In this document: one piece after another, positions 49,301-63,129 of the stretch
Layout: every line of letters begins with the position of its first letter
How positions within the stretch are numbered: position 1 is the first letter of the stretch
DNA from: Felis catus
Taxonomy: Eukaryota
Length of the DNA: 64,000 bases
Direction of reading: 5' to 3'
Assembly (NCBI RefSeq): GCF_018350175.1
Contig: NC_058368.1
Location: 84,384,001 to 84,448,000 of the forward strand
Notes under the pieces: generated by a model
Told to the model about the DNA's origin: nothing
The model's database searches: none
What the model saw: the letters and a program-made list of their open reading frames with translations, nothing else
Position numbers and translations under genes: made by a program

Positions 49301-50755
49301 TGCTGCTTCTTAAGGGTGAAATGCTTTGACTATATCTGTTAAGTCCATCTTGGCGAGAGTCTCATTCAATGCCATCATTTCCCTGTTGATCTTCTCTTAG
49401 ATGATGTGTCCATTGCAGTAGATTCAATGTTAAGGTTCTCTTTTATTATTGTTTATTATCAATGAGTTTCTTTAAGTTTCTTATTAATTGATTTATAAAT
49501 TTGGGTGCCTTCAAGTTGGAGGCATAGATATTTACAATTGTTAGAAGTTCTTGTTGGATGGACCCCTTTATTATAATATAGTGCCCTTCTTCATTTCTTA
49601 TTATAATCTTTGGTTCAAAATCTAGTTTATTTGATGTGAGTATGGCTACTCCAGCTTTCTGTTGATGTCCATTAGTGTGATAAATGGTTCTCCACCCCCT
49701 CACTTTCATCTGGAGATATCTTTGCATCTAAAATGAGTCTCTTGTAGGCAGCATATCAATCGACCTTTTTAAAAAATCCATTCTGATAACCTATGTCATT
49801 TGATTGGAGCATTTAGTCCATTTACATTCCGAGTAACTATTTATAAATATGAAACTAGTGCTATTGTATTACCTGTAAAGTCATTGTTCCTGTAGATTTG
49901 TCTGTTTATTTCTAGTCTGTGTTGCTTTTGGTTTCTCTTTCCTGCTCAAAGAGTCCTCTTTAATAATTCTTGCAAAGCTGGTTTAGTGTTTACGATCTTC
50001 TCTAGTTTTTGTTTGTCTTGGAAACTATTTATCTCTCCTTCTTATCTGAATGACAGCCTTGCTGGATAAAATATACTTGGCTGCATATTTTTCCCTTTTA
50101 GCACATTAAATATATCATGCCCCTCCCTTCTGTCTTGCCAAGTTTCTGTGGACAGGTCTGTTGTTAACCTTATGTGTCTACCCTTGGAGTCTAAGGACCT
50201 TAGTCCCTAGATGCTTCCAGAATTCTCTCTTTAACTTTGTATTTTGCAAATTTCACTATCATATGTCTTGATGCTCACCTGTTTTTGTTGATATTTAGGG
50301 GAATTGTCTGTGCCCCTTTGACTTGAATTCCTGTTTCCTTACAAAGGTTAGGGAAGTTCTCAGCTACAGTTTGTTAAAATAAATCTTGTTCCTTTTTCCC
50401 ACTTTTCTTCTGGGATTCCCTTGTAAAGGATATTATTGAGCTTTATAGAATAGCTGAGTTCCCTAAGTCTACATATGTACTGTAATAGTCTCCTTTTCAG
50501 CTTCTTTATTTTCCATGTATTTTATCTATTACCTATTCAATCCTCTGCTTCTTTTATCCTCATTGTGATTGCATAAGTCAGTTTTTCATCTCAGTTATAA
50601 AATTTTTATTCCAGCCTATCTAGTTTTGAGGTCTTTTATCTCTGTAGTAAGGAATCTGTTTTTTTTTTTTCTATGCTTTTCTTCAAACCCAGCTACTATT
50701 TTTATGACTGTTGTTCTAAATTCTTATTTAGATATATACTTATATTGGTTTCCTA
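45828..50755 (-). mobile_element. Carnivore L1 (3'UTR, ORF2, most of ORF1), degenerate; SINE at 48715-48940
   Basis: RT peptide [42 protein letters not shown] peptide KAGVAIL..EGHYIIIKGSIQQE; SINE TSD agaattttcttcattctt at 48697-48714 / 48942-48959. Confidence 0.88.
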
Positions 50756-53700
50756 TCTTTTAAAATTTTTATTTGAATTCAAGTTGGTTAACATTCAGTC
50801 CAATATTCATTTCAGGAGAAGAATTAAGTGATTCACCACTTGCATACAACACCCAGTCCTCATAATAACAAGTGCCCTCCTTAATACCTATGACCTATCT
50901 AGCTGATCCCTGGCCCACCTCCTTCCATCTAAATTCTGTTCTCTATCTCTAAGGGTCTCTTATGGTTTATATCTCTCTTGATTCTTTTTTGCCTCTCTAT
51001 CATATGCTCATCTGTTTTGTTTCTTAATTTCCACATATTTTGTTAGCATAATACATTCTAGCTCCAACCACATAGTTGCAAATGGTAACATTTTATTATT
51101 TTTGATGATGGAGTGATATTCCTATATATGTATATCACATCTTTTTTATCCATTTATCAGTCAGTGCTTATTTGGGTTTCTCAATAGTTTGGCTATAGTT
51201 GATAATTGTGCTATAAACATTGGAATATATGTACCACTTTGAATCAGTATTTTTCTATCCTATGGATAAATACCTAGCAGTGCAATTGCTGAATCATAGG
51301 CTAGTTCTATTTTTCAACTTTTTGAGAAACCTCCACACTGTTTTCCAGAGTGGCTGCACTAGTTTCCATTCTCACCAGCAGTGCAAGAGGATTCCCATTT
51401 CTTTGCATTCTCACCAACACCTGTTGTTTCTTGTGTTGTTAATTTTAGCTATTCTGACAGGTAGGAGGTGGTATCTCATTTTGGTTTTGATTTGTATCTC
51501 CCTAATGATGAGTGATGTTGAACATCTTTTCATGTGTCTGTTAGCCATCTGGATGTCTTGCCTGGAAAAGTGTCTATTCATGTCTTCTGCCCATTTCTTA
51601 ACTGGATTATTTGTTGTTTGGGTGTTGAGTGTCATAAATCCTTTATATATTTTGGATACTAGTACTTATCAGACATATCATTTGCAAATATCTTCTCTCC
51701 TTCTGCAGGCTGCCTTTTAATTTAGGTGATTGCTTCCTTCTCTGTGTAGAAGCTTTTTATCTTGATGAAGTCCCAAATAGTTCATGTTTGCTTTTGTTTC
51801 TTTTGACTCTGGCAACATGTATAGTAAGAAGTTGCTATGACTGAGGTCAAAGAGATTGCTACCTGTTTTGTCCTGTAGTATTTTGATGGTTTCCTGTATC
51901 ACATTTAGGCCTTTCATTCATTTTGAATTTATTTTGGGGTATAGTGTAAGAAAATGGTCCAGTTTCATTCCTCTTCATGTTGCCCTCAAGTTTTTCCAAC
52001 ACCATTTTTTGAAGAGACTGACTTTTTTTATTGAATATTCTTTCCTGCTTTGTTGAAGATTAGTTTACCATATACTTCTCTATTTCTGGGTTTTCTATTT
52101 TCTTGCATTTATCTCTGTGTCTGTTTTTGTGCTAGTACCATAATATTTTGATGACTACAGTTTTGTAATATAGCTTGAAATATGTAATCATGATATCTCC
52201 AGATTTGTTTTTCTTTTTCAGGATTGCTTTGGCTATTCAGGGTCTTTTTTGTTTCCATACAAATTTTAAGATTGTTTTTTAAACTCTGCAAAAAATGCTG
52301 GTGGTAGTTTTATAGGGATTGCATTAAATTTATAGATTTCTTTGGTTAGTATAGATATTTTAACATTTTTTTTGTTCCAATCCATGAACATGGGATGCTC
52401 TTTCATTTATTCCTAGGTATGTTCTTGGTTTTGGTGCAATTGCAAATGGGATTGATTTCTTGATTTATTTTTCTGTTGATTCATTATTGGTGTATAGAAA
52501 TGCAATAGATTTCTGCATATTGATTTTATATCCTGTGACTTTCCTGAATTAATCTATTAGTTCTATCAATTTCTTGGTGGAGTCTTTTGGGTTTTCTAGA
52601 GTATCATGTCATCTGTGAAGAGTGAAAATTTGACTTCTTCTATGTCAATTTGTATATCCTTTATTTCTTTTTGTAATCTGATTGCTGAGGCTAAGGCTTC
52701 CAATTCTATGTACGTACTAATTGTGAGAGTGGACATTATTATCTTATTCCTGACTATAGGTCAAAGGCTTTCAGCTTTTCACTATTGAGGGTAATATTAG
52801 CTGTGGGTCTTTCATATATGGCCATTATGATACTGAGGTATGTTCATTCTATCCTTACTTTGTTGAGAATTTTTATCAAGAATGGATGCTGTATTTTGTC
52901 AAATGTTTTTTTCTGCATCTGTTGACAAGATTATATGGTTCTTATGCTTTCTTTTATTAATGTGGCGTATCATATTGATTGATTTGTGAATATTGAATCA
53001 GACCTGACGGTCAGGAATAAATCCCACTGAATCATGGTGAATAATTCTTTGAATGTACTGTTGAATTAGATTTGCTAGTATCTTGTTGAGAATTTTATCC
53101 ACGTTATTCATGGATATTGGCCTGTAATTCTACTTTTTAGTGTGGTTATTGTTTGGTTTTGGAATCAAGATAATGAAGGGAAAACTTCATAGATGAGTTT
53201 AGAAGTTTCACTTATATTTCTATTTTTTAGAATATTTTGGGGGGAATATGTATTAACTCCTCTTTAAATTTCTGGTAGAATACGCCCAGGAAGTCATCTA
53301 GCCCTTGACTCTTGTGTGTTAGGAAATTTTTCATTACTGATTCAATTTCTCTTCTGGTTATGTGTGTGTTCAACTGTTCTATTTCTTCATATTTCAGTTA
53401 AGGTAGTCAGTGAGTGTCTAGGAATTTTTCCATTTGTTTCAGATTACCTAGTTTTTTGGCATATAATTTTTCATAGTATTCTCTTGTAATTATTTTTATT
53501 TCTGTGGAGTTGGTTGTGATCTCTCCTATTTCATTTGTGATTTTATCTATTTGGGTCATTTCTATTTTCTTTTTGGAAAGTCTTGTTAGGACTTATCAAT
53601 TTTGTTTATTCTTCCAAAGAACCATCTCATAGTTTCATTGATATGTTCTAGTGGTTATTGTTTCTTTGTTGGTTGGTTGGTTTGTTTCTCTATCATTTAT

Positions 53701-56700
53701 TTCTGTTATAATCTTTATTATTTCCCTTCTTCTGCTGTCTGTAGGCTTTATTTTTTCTTCCTTTTTTAGTTCCTTTTGGTGTGAAGTTAGGTTGTGTTTT
53801 TTGGACGTTTCTTGTTTATTGACATAGGCCTAAATTACAATATATTTTCTTCTTAGTACTTCCTTTCCTGCAACCCAAAGGTTTTGGACTGTTATGTTTT
53901 CATTTTCATTGCTTCCATGTACTTTTCAAATTCTTTAATTTCCTGATTAACATATTCATTCTTTAGTAGGATGTTCTCTAACCTCCATGTATTTGAGAGC
54001 TTTCCAATTTTTTTTCTTATGGTTGACTTCTAGTTTCATAGTGTTGTGATCTGAAATTATACACTATGATCTCAATCTTTTGTACTTGTTGAGGGCTAAT
54101 TTGTGACCCAGTATGTGATCTTTTCTGGAGAATATTCCATGTGCACCCAAAAAGAATGTGTATTCTGCTGCTTTAGGATGGAATGCTCTGAATATATAGC
54201 TCTTAAGATGGTTCAGTCTACTGTGTAATTCCTATACCTTGTTTCCTTGTTGATTTTCTGCTTAAATGATCTGTCCATTGCTGTAAGTGGAGTGTTAAAT
54301 CCCCTTCTATTATGGTATTATTATCAATGAGTTTCTTTATGCTTGTTATTAATTGATTTATCTTGTTGGGTTCTACTAAAATAGGGGCATAAATATTTAC
54401 AATTTTAGACCTACTTGGTGGATAGATCCCTTAATTGTCATATAATGCCCTTCTTTATCTCTTTTTACAATCTTTGGTTTAAAATCTAGTTTCTCTGATA
54501 TAAGTATGGTACTCCATCTTTCTTTTGACATTCATTAACATGAGAGATGGTTCTTTGTGCCCTTACTTTCAATATGCAGTTGACTTTAAGCCTTAAATAA
54601 GTCTCTTGTAGGCAGCATAGAGATGGATCTCATTGTTTTATCTTTCTGATACCCTATGTCTTTTGGTTGGAGCATTTAATGCATTTAAATTCAGAGTTAT
54701 TTTTTAAAGATTTGAATTTAGTGCCATTATGTTATATGTACAGTTGGTTTTTCTGGTGATGCTCTCTGGTCCCTTGTAGTTTTCATTCTTTTGGTCTTTT
54801 TTTTTTTTCTCCATCTAAAGACTTTCCCTTAAAATATCTTGCAGGGCTGGTTTAGTGGCCCCAAACTCCTTTAGTTTGTTTGTTGTTTGGTCTGGAAAAC
54901 TCTTTATCTTTACTTCTATTCTGAATTATAGCTTGCTGGATGAAGAATTATTGAATGCATATTTTCCCCATTCAGCACATTGAATATTCCCTGTTACTCC
55001 ATTCTGGCCTGCCGAGTTACAGTGGACACATCTGCTGGCAAACTTACGTGTGTACCCTTGTATGTTAAGGACCTTTTCCCCCCTAGGTGCTCTCAGAATT
55101 CTCTCTTTACCTTTGTATTTTGCAAATTTTACTGTAGTATGTTGTGGTGTTTACCTGTTTTTTTTTATTTTTATTTTTTTAAATTTTTTTAGAGAGTTCT
55201 CTGTGCCTCTTAGAATTGAATGCCTGTTTCATTCCTCAGATTAGGGAAGTTCTCAGATATAATTTGTTCAAATAAATCTTCTGCCCTTTTTCCCACTGTT
55301 CTCCTTCTAGGTCTCCTATGATATGGATATTATTTCAGTTTATGGAAATGCTGAGTTCCCTATATCTACCTTTGTGGTCTAATTGTTTTCTTTTCAGCTT
55401 TATTATTTTCCATAATTTTATCTTTTATATCATCTATTTCTCCTCTGCTTCTTCAATCTTTGTTGTGGTTATTTCCAGTTGGTTTTACATCTCAGTTATA
55501 GCATTCTTTAAAATTTCAGCCTGACTAATTTTTAGGTCTTTAATCTCTGCAGCTAAGGTTTCTCTGGTGTCTTCTATGTTTCTTTCAAGGCCAGGTAGTA
55601 GGGTTATGACTGTTATTCTAAATTCTTGTTCGGATATATTGCTTATGTCTGTTTTAAGCAAGTCTTTAGTTGTGACTTTTTCTTGACCTTTCTTTTGGGG
55701 AGAATTCCTCCACCTTGTAATTTTGGATCAGTTTCTCTCTTTTTTGTGTTCTGAAACTTGTTTTTTTTTTTTCGCTGTACTTAATAGTAATGCTATATTT
55801 AAAAAAGTCATACCATATTCCTGGCCTGGCACTTCATGAAGTGTTTCTAGTGTGTGCTGTATGTACTCTCCTGTTGTGTTATGGCTGCTCTTTCCCACTG
55901 GTCAATCCTTTGCAGAGTTGCTCCTTGCTTGCATTGAGGACTGTTTGGATATTTAATAGGAGGGCTTTGATTTTTTTGTTAAAATAAACCTGGGGAAAAA
56001 AAGCAAAACAGGAGACTAATAAAAGTCTGATTCAAAAAATAAATAAATAAAAGGAAAATAATGAAAATATCCCAACTGACAATCAAAAAACTGTAAGCCT
56101 GATGGGGGGAGGAGGAGCCAACATGTCAGAGAAGTAGAGGGATCCATACTTCCTATATCTCTCAAACAAAGAAGTGAAGAAGCCAAAGGACTTTGAACAC
56201 AAGAGCCTGGGAGTCAAAGAGACGGAATCTACTAGGAAGAAAATGGGAAAGCTGGAGAAAAGATAGATGGATGACTGCGAACTGGGGGAGATAAGAAAAG
56301 GCCATGTGGGCATGGAGGGGAGGGACCCCCTTCTGCAGAGTGACAAAGGGAAGATAAAGAGCAGCTAAGGAAGTGTAGGACCATATCTGGACAGGAGAAA
56401 GACCTCAGACTGAGACTGATAAATATCCCATCTCTAACTGCAGGGCTTTCTTTGGACTGGGGCTGGCTCCCTGTTTGTGCACCTGGGGAGGAGGGGAGCC
56501 AGGGGCCTAGGTGTGGTGGTAGGTCAGGGGCTCAGTTGCAGTTGGAGAAAGTGGTTTCCTCCCTAGAGGGCTGCATGATAATACAAAGCCTGCCTGCATC
56601 CGCCACCCTGGCAAGGTCAACGGCTTAGTCTACAGTAGGAGAAAGCAGCCCCCTCCCTGGAGTGCTTTGGGAAGAGACAAAGCCTGCCTGTATCTGCCTG

Positions 56701-58725
56701 CATCCCCACCCCTGCGGCTCAGAGGTGAGGGCAGCATCTCAGTCCATAGTAGGAGAAGGCAGTCCTCCCTGAAGTGCAGTGGCACAAAGCCAGCCGGGAC
56801 CACATATCAGAACACACTGAAAGGCCTTTCCCCAGTACCAGAGTGAATGAAGTGGGACTTTGAATCCTAGTGAAGCACAGGGTCAGGGGAGTTGGTGAAG
56901 TGAGAAAGACTGCCCCTTCTGAACCTGCAGCACAGTGAGGATGACTCAAAAGGAGTCCACCAGGTCCGGTTCTGTGAAGAGACTGAGGGATCACCATTTT
57001 CAACACTCCCCCCACCAACACCAAGGCGGGGCCTCAGGGATCACACCGGGGCCCCATAGTGGAGTAGGTCGAGATTACACCAAACCACGCCCCTATGCAC
57101 TGGGTAACTGTATCAACCAGATCAGCACATACCCTGTGGACAGCTCCTCCCAACAAGCACTGCAGCATTGCCTGGATTAATTTAGGTTAATACCGGATAT
57201 ATACGTATATTCTCCCTCCCCCCCATTTTTCCTCCTTACCTCTTCCCTCCCCTAGGCTGGTACTGTGGTTATTGGTTTGTCAAAACAGACATATTTAATC
57301 CATTGCCTTGGTACATGTTCTACACCTCCTTCTTTACATTCCTTTTTCTCTCTCTGGAATAATCAAACCATATATTTTCTCTGTCTGGGTAACTTTACCT
57401 TTGTTTCAGTTTCCCCACCTCCTTCTTTATTTTCCCTTCTCTATCTATGGATTAAACTTTTTAGTCTCTCTGCCTAGTCAATGTTTATTTTTTTTCTTCC
57501 CCCCCCCCCACTCCTGTCATTTGTCTGTTTGTATGTGCTCTTTCATCAGCACAGCCTCCACCCTCTTCTTTACTTGTAGTCAATATTTTTGGGTTTCTTG
57601 TTTTGTTTTTAGTCTTTAGGTTTTTTTTTTTTGTTTATTTGCTTGTTTGTGTTCTTTGTTTCTGTGTTTGCATGTTTTTGTCTCCTGTTTCTCTGTTTTC
57701 CTTTCAGGGCTACTCCAAGGAGCAAACCAAAGCACACCTGGTGGAGGTCCAAAATATCACTAGGAGTAGGGTAATAAAATAACCAAAGTCACAACAACAG
57801 AGAGCAAGTAACAATCTCTGAAAAAAAAAAAAACATCTCCTGAAGGGTCAGGCCCTGGACACTGTATGACCCTCCTTTAATATAGCAGTAGTGCTGGCAG
57901 GTGCAGAGCACATAACAAGCTTTTAAAATGTGTAAGGGACAGAAAACTAGCCAAAATGATGAAACAGAAGAATTCTTCTCAAAGAAACTCCAGGAAGTAG
58001 TGACAGCTAATGAATTGATCAAAACCGATTTAAGCAATATAATGGAACAAGTTTTTAGAATAATAGTCATAAGATTAATCACTGGGCTTGAAAAAGGCAT
58101 AGGTGACAGCAGAGAATCTGTTGCTGTGGAGATCAAGGAACTAAAAAATAGTCATGATTAATTTAAAAATGTTATAAATGAGGTGCAAAATAAAATGGAG
58201 GTGGCCACAGCAAGGATTGAAGAGGCAGAGGAGACAATAGGTGAATTAGAATATAAAATTGTGGAAAAGAGGACGCTAAGAAAAAGAGAGATAAAAAAAA
58301 TCCAGGAGTACTAGGAGAGAATTAGAGAACTAAGTAATGCAATCAAACAGAACAATATCCATATCATAGGAATTCCAGAAAAAGAAGAGAGACAGAAAGG
58401 GGCTGAAGTTGTTCTTAAATCATAGCTGAGAACTTCCTTGATGTGGGGAAAGAAACAGGCATCGAAATCCAAGAGGCACAGAGAACTCCCTTCAGATATA
58501 ACTTGAATCAATCTTCTGCACAACATATCATAGTGAAACTGGCAAAATACAAGGATAAAGGGAGAATTATGAAAGCAGCTAGGAATAAACGGGCCCTAAC
58601 ATACAAAGGTAGACACATAAGGGTGTCTACCAGACCTATCCACTGAGACTTGGCAAGCCAGAAAGGAATGGAAGGAAATCATCAATGTGATGAACAGAAA
58701 AAAAATATGCAGCCAAGAATCCTTT

Positions 58726-58767
58726 TTTTTTTAATATATGAAATTTATTGACAAATTGGTTTCATAC
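58726..58767 (-). mobile_element. 42-bp extreme 3' end of a felid L1 inserted into ORF1 of the host L1
   Basis: Rev-comp gtatgaaaccaatttgtcaataaatttcatatattaaaa..; 16-bp TSD cagccaagaatccttt at 58710-58725 / 58768-58783. Confidence 0.8.
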
Positions 58768-60393
58768 CAGCCAAGAATCCTTTATCCAGCAAACTTGTCA
58801 TTCAGAATAGAAGGAGAGATAAAGGTTTTACCAAACAAGCAAAAACTGAAGGAATTCATCACCACTAAACCAGCCCTACAAGAGATCCTAAGGGGGACTC
58901 TGCAAGTGAAATGTTACAAGGACCACAAAGTACCAGAGACACCACTACAAGCATGAAACTTACAGATATCACAATGACTTTAAACCCATATCTTTCAATA
59001 ATAACACTGAATGTAAATGGACTAATGCTACAACCAAAAGACATAGGGTATCAGAATGGATAACAAACAAACAAACAAACAAACAAAAAACAACAAAAAA
59101 AAACCCAAGACCCATCTATTTGCTGTCTACAAGAGAGTCATTTTAGACCTGAGGACACCTTCAGATTGAAAGTGAGGGGATGAAGAATTATATATTATGC
59201 TTCTGGAAGTCAAAAGAAAGCTGGAGTAGCCATACTTAGACAAACTAGACTTTAACTTAAAGGCTGTAACAAGAGATGAAGAAGGGCATTATATAATAAT
59301 TACAAGATCTATCCATCAGGAAGAGCTAACAATTATAAAGGTCTATGCACCGAATTCAGACCACCCAAATATATAAAACAATTAATCACAAACATAAGCA
59401 ACCTTATTGATAAGAATGTGGTAATTGCAAGGGACTTTAATACTCCACTTACAACAATGGATAGAACATCTAGACAGAGAATCAATATCCAGGCCTATAT
59501 CAAGAAACAAGAAAAATCCCAAATACAAAATCTAACAGCACACCTAAAGGAAATAGAAGCAGAACAGCAAAGACACCCCAAACCAAGCAGAAGAAAAGAA
59601 ATAATAAAGATCAGAGCAGAAATAAACAATGGAGAATCTAAAAAAAAACAGTAGAGCAGATCAATAAAACCAAGAGTTGGTTTTTTGAGAAAATAAACAA
59701 AACTGATAAACCTCTAGCCAGACTTCTCAAAAAGAAAAGGAAGATGAACCAAATAGATAAAATCATGAATGAAAATGGAACTTTACAACTGATCCCTCAA
59801 TATAAAAGCAATCATCAGGGAATACTATGAAAAATTATATGCCAACAAACTGGACAACCTGGAAGAAATGGACAAATTCCTAAAGACCCACACACTTCCA
59901 CCACTCACACAGGAAGAAATAGAAAATTTGAACAGACCCATAACCAGTAAAGACATTGAATCAGTTATCAAAAATCTCCCAACAAATAAGAGTCCAGGAC
60001 AAGATGGCTTCCCTGGGGAATTCTACCAGACATCCTTCTCAAGCTGTTCCAAAAAACAGAAAGGGAAGGAAACTTCCAGACTCATTCTATGAAGCTAGAA
60101 TTACTTTGATTCCTAAACCAGACAGAGACTCAGCAAAAAAAGAGAACTACAGGCCAATATCCTTGATGAATATGGATGCAAAAATTCTCAACAAGATACT
60201 ACCATATCAAATACAACAGCATATAAAAAGAATTATTCACCATGATCAAGTGGGATTCATTCCTGCGTGGCAGAGCTGGTTCAATATTCACAAATCAATC
60301 AATGTGATACATCACATTAATAAAAGAAAAGAACCATATGATGCTGTCGATCAGTGCAGAAAAAGCATTTGACAAAATCCAGCATCCTTTCTT

Positions 60394-60614
60394 TTTTTTT
60401 TTCAACGTTTTTTTTTTTAATTTATTTTTGGGACAGAGAGAGACAGAGCATGAACAGGGGAGGGGCAGAGAGAGAGGGAGACACAGAATCGGAAACAGGC
60501 TCCAGGCTCCGAGCCATCAGCCCAGAGCCTGACGCGGGGCTCAAACTCACGGACTGCGAGATCGTGACCTGGCTGAAGTCGGACGCTTAACTGACTGCGC
60601 CACCCAGGCGCCCC
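60394..60614 (-). mobile_element. Very young Can-SINE (SINEC_Fc) in L1 ORF2
   Basis: CpGs intact; TSD agcatcctttctt at 60381-60393 / 60616-60628. Confidence 0.95.
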
Positions 60615-62121
60615 AAGCATCCTTTCTTAATAAAAACCCTCGAGAAAGTTGGGATAGAAGGAACATATTTAAACATCATAAATGCCATTTATGAAAAGCC
60701 CACAGCTAATATCATCCTAAATGGGGAAACACTGAGAGCTTTCCCCCTGAGATCAGGAACACGACAGGGATGTCCACTCTCACCGTTGCTGTTTAAGATA
60801 GCGTTGGAAGTGCTAGCATGAGTAATCAGACAACAAAAGGAAATCAAAGGCATCAAAATTGGCAAAGATGAAGTGAAGCTTTCACTTTTTGTAGATGACA
60901 TGATACTCTCCATGGAAAACCCAATAGACTCCACCAAAAGCCTGCTAGAACTGATACATGAATTCAGCAAAGTCGCAGGATACAAAATTAATATACAGAA
61001 ATCAGTTGTATTCTTATACACTAATAATGAAGCAACAGAAGGAGAAATAAAGAAACTGATCCCACAATTACAATTACACCAATGACCATAAAATACTTAG
61101 GAATAAACCAATACCAAAGTTTTCTGTATGCTGAAAACTATAGAAAGCTTATAAAGGAAATTGAAGAAGATACAAAGAAATGGAAAAACATTCCATGCTC
61201 ATGGATTGTAAGAAGAAATCTTGCAAAAATGTCAATACTACCCAAAGCAATCTACACATTCAATGCAATCCAAATCAAAATTGCACCAGCATTCTTCTCG
61301 AAGCTAAAACATGCAATCCTAAAATTTGTATGGAACCACAAAAGACCCTGAATAGCCAAAGTAATATTGAAGAAGAAAACCAAAGCAGAAGACACCACAA
61401 TCCCAGACTTTAGCCTCTACTACAAAGCTGTAATCATCAAGACAGCATGGTATTGGCACAAAAACGGACACAAAGACCAATGGATTAGAATAGAGACCCC
61501 AGAATTGGACCCAGAAATATATGGCCAACTAATATTTGACAAAGCAGTAAAGAGTATCCAATGGAAAAAAAAAAGACAGTCTCTTTAACAAATGGTGCTG
61601 GGAGAAGTGGACAGCACCATGCAGAATATAGCACCATGCACCACTTTCTTACACCATTCATGAAAATAAACTCAAAATAGATAAAGAACTGGAATGTGAG
61701 ACAGGAAACCATCAAAACCCTAGAGGAGAAAGCAGAAAAAAACCTCTGGAGGGTTTTATGCTAAGTGAAATAAGTCAGGCAGAGAAAGACAGAGAGCAAA
61801 TGTTTTCACTCATATGTGGATCCTGGAAAACTTAACAGAAGACCATGGAAGGGGAAGGGGGAAAAAAGTTACAGATAGAGACTCTTAAATACTGAGAAGA
61901 AACAGGATTTATGGGGGTGGGGGAGAGGGGAAAGTGGGTGATGGGCATTGAGGAGGGCACCTGTTGGGATGAGCACTGGGTATTGTATGGAAACAGATTT
62001 GACTATATGTGTGTGTGTATATATATATATATATATTTTTTCAAATATATATATTTATATATAGTCAAATATATATATTTATATATAGTCAAATTTATAT
62101 ATATATATATAGTCAAATTGG

Positions 62122-62153
<32 letters not shown>

Positions 62154-62211
62154 CTATAAGCCTTTTTCCAAAGGAAAAAAAAAAGTAGAGAAAAAAAGCC
62201 TGATCCAAAGG

Positions 62212-62255
<44 letters not shown>

Positions 62256-63129
62256 GAGAGAAAGGGAATGAAAACAAACGAAAACCTATAAGCCTGATCC
62301 AAAGGGGGGGGCATAGTAAGACTAGTCCTATTTTCACCAGAATTGCAGGTAACATTTTGAAGTACTGTATGATAGTAGCCCTCCTCTGGAGTAGAGCCTC
62401 TCCCTGCTGTGTCTATTGTCCTTTGTGCAGAAAACAGTCTCATGCCTATGCATTGCACAGAATCTGTGATGTAGCCCTGCAAAAAGCAGAAACCAGGTTA
62501 TCTGGCTTCTGCACTTGCCTCTACCCTCTGCTGATGGAAGACCTTTTGCTGGCACCTGCAGGGTCTTTTGTCCTTGGAGAGGCATTATACCTTTTTCCAA
62601 ATGGACTCAGGAAGGGCAATGTTCTCTCCTAGTGTGACCCAGGAGATCCCTATAGCATGCTATGCACTCCAGGGTCAGAGCCCCCCTTCTCCCCAGGAGT
62701 GCACATCACATCTTTGCTGTGGAGAATGTTGCACACTTCAAAAACCTCAGATTTTGAGGTCTTCCCACTGTTTGCAGAAAACCTGGGACACCCAGTACAT
62801 TTCACTCCCCAGTGCATGGTTCAGAGAGGTTTTCCTCCTGTGCTAACCTGATGCCACTCTCTGTCATCCCCCCTTTCTTTCTCTCTCTTTTGTCTCTGAA
62901 CAGAAAGTGTTCCCTACCCTCTGTGGCACTGTAGATTTTTTCTCCTCTAATTCACTTCCACACTCCTTGCACCTGCCACCCTGCCTCCCTCCAACTGTGG
63001 AGATCCTCCTGCCACTCTGCAGATTGACTTCATGGGTATTCCAAGTGATCTGACCTCAATACAGCTGTGTTTGTGGGATGAGAAGGGAGCAGGTTTCCCC
63101 TACTTTTCTGCCATTTTAACTCTTATCCT

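Larger units (their letters stand above)
56101..62152 (+). mobile_element. Felid-type L1 with both ends present and internal deletions (near 59484 and 61748); tail decayed into a TA-rich repeat (62005-62152)
   Basis: Start gggggaggaggagccaacatg; ORF1 (about 57957-58950) and ORF2 peptides ([20 protein letters not shown]); TSD act(g/a)taagcct at 56090-56100 / 62153-62163. Confidence 0.9.
50758..63128 (-). mobile_element. Full-length degenerate carnivore L1 (50758-56100 plus 5'UTR remainder 62164-63128), split by a plus-strand L1
   Basis: 3'UTR-ORF2-ORF1-5'UTR order; 62164-63128 aligns by eye with the 5'UTR at 22900-24180; ends ctacttttctgccattttaactc. Confidence 0.85.

Noticed and set aside
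1324..60620. tRNA-like A/B boxes and short ORFs within Can-SINEs
   Set aside because: These are tRNA-derived SINE heads with CT tracts, poly-A tails and TSDs, not tRNA or protein genes
14186..62152. Any retrotransposition-competent L1
   Set aside because: Every copy has ORF1 and ORF2 broken into short frames, with deletions or nested insertions
62005..62152. Regularly spaced atatatagtcaaat units that look like a repeat array
   Set aside because: A slippage-derived TA-rich expansion of an L1 tail inside its TSD; no unique spacers, not CRISPR-like
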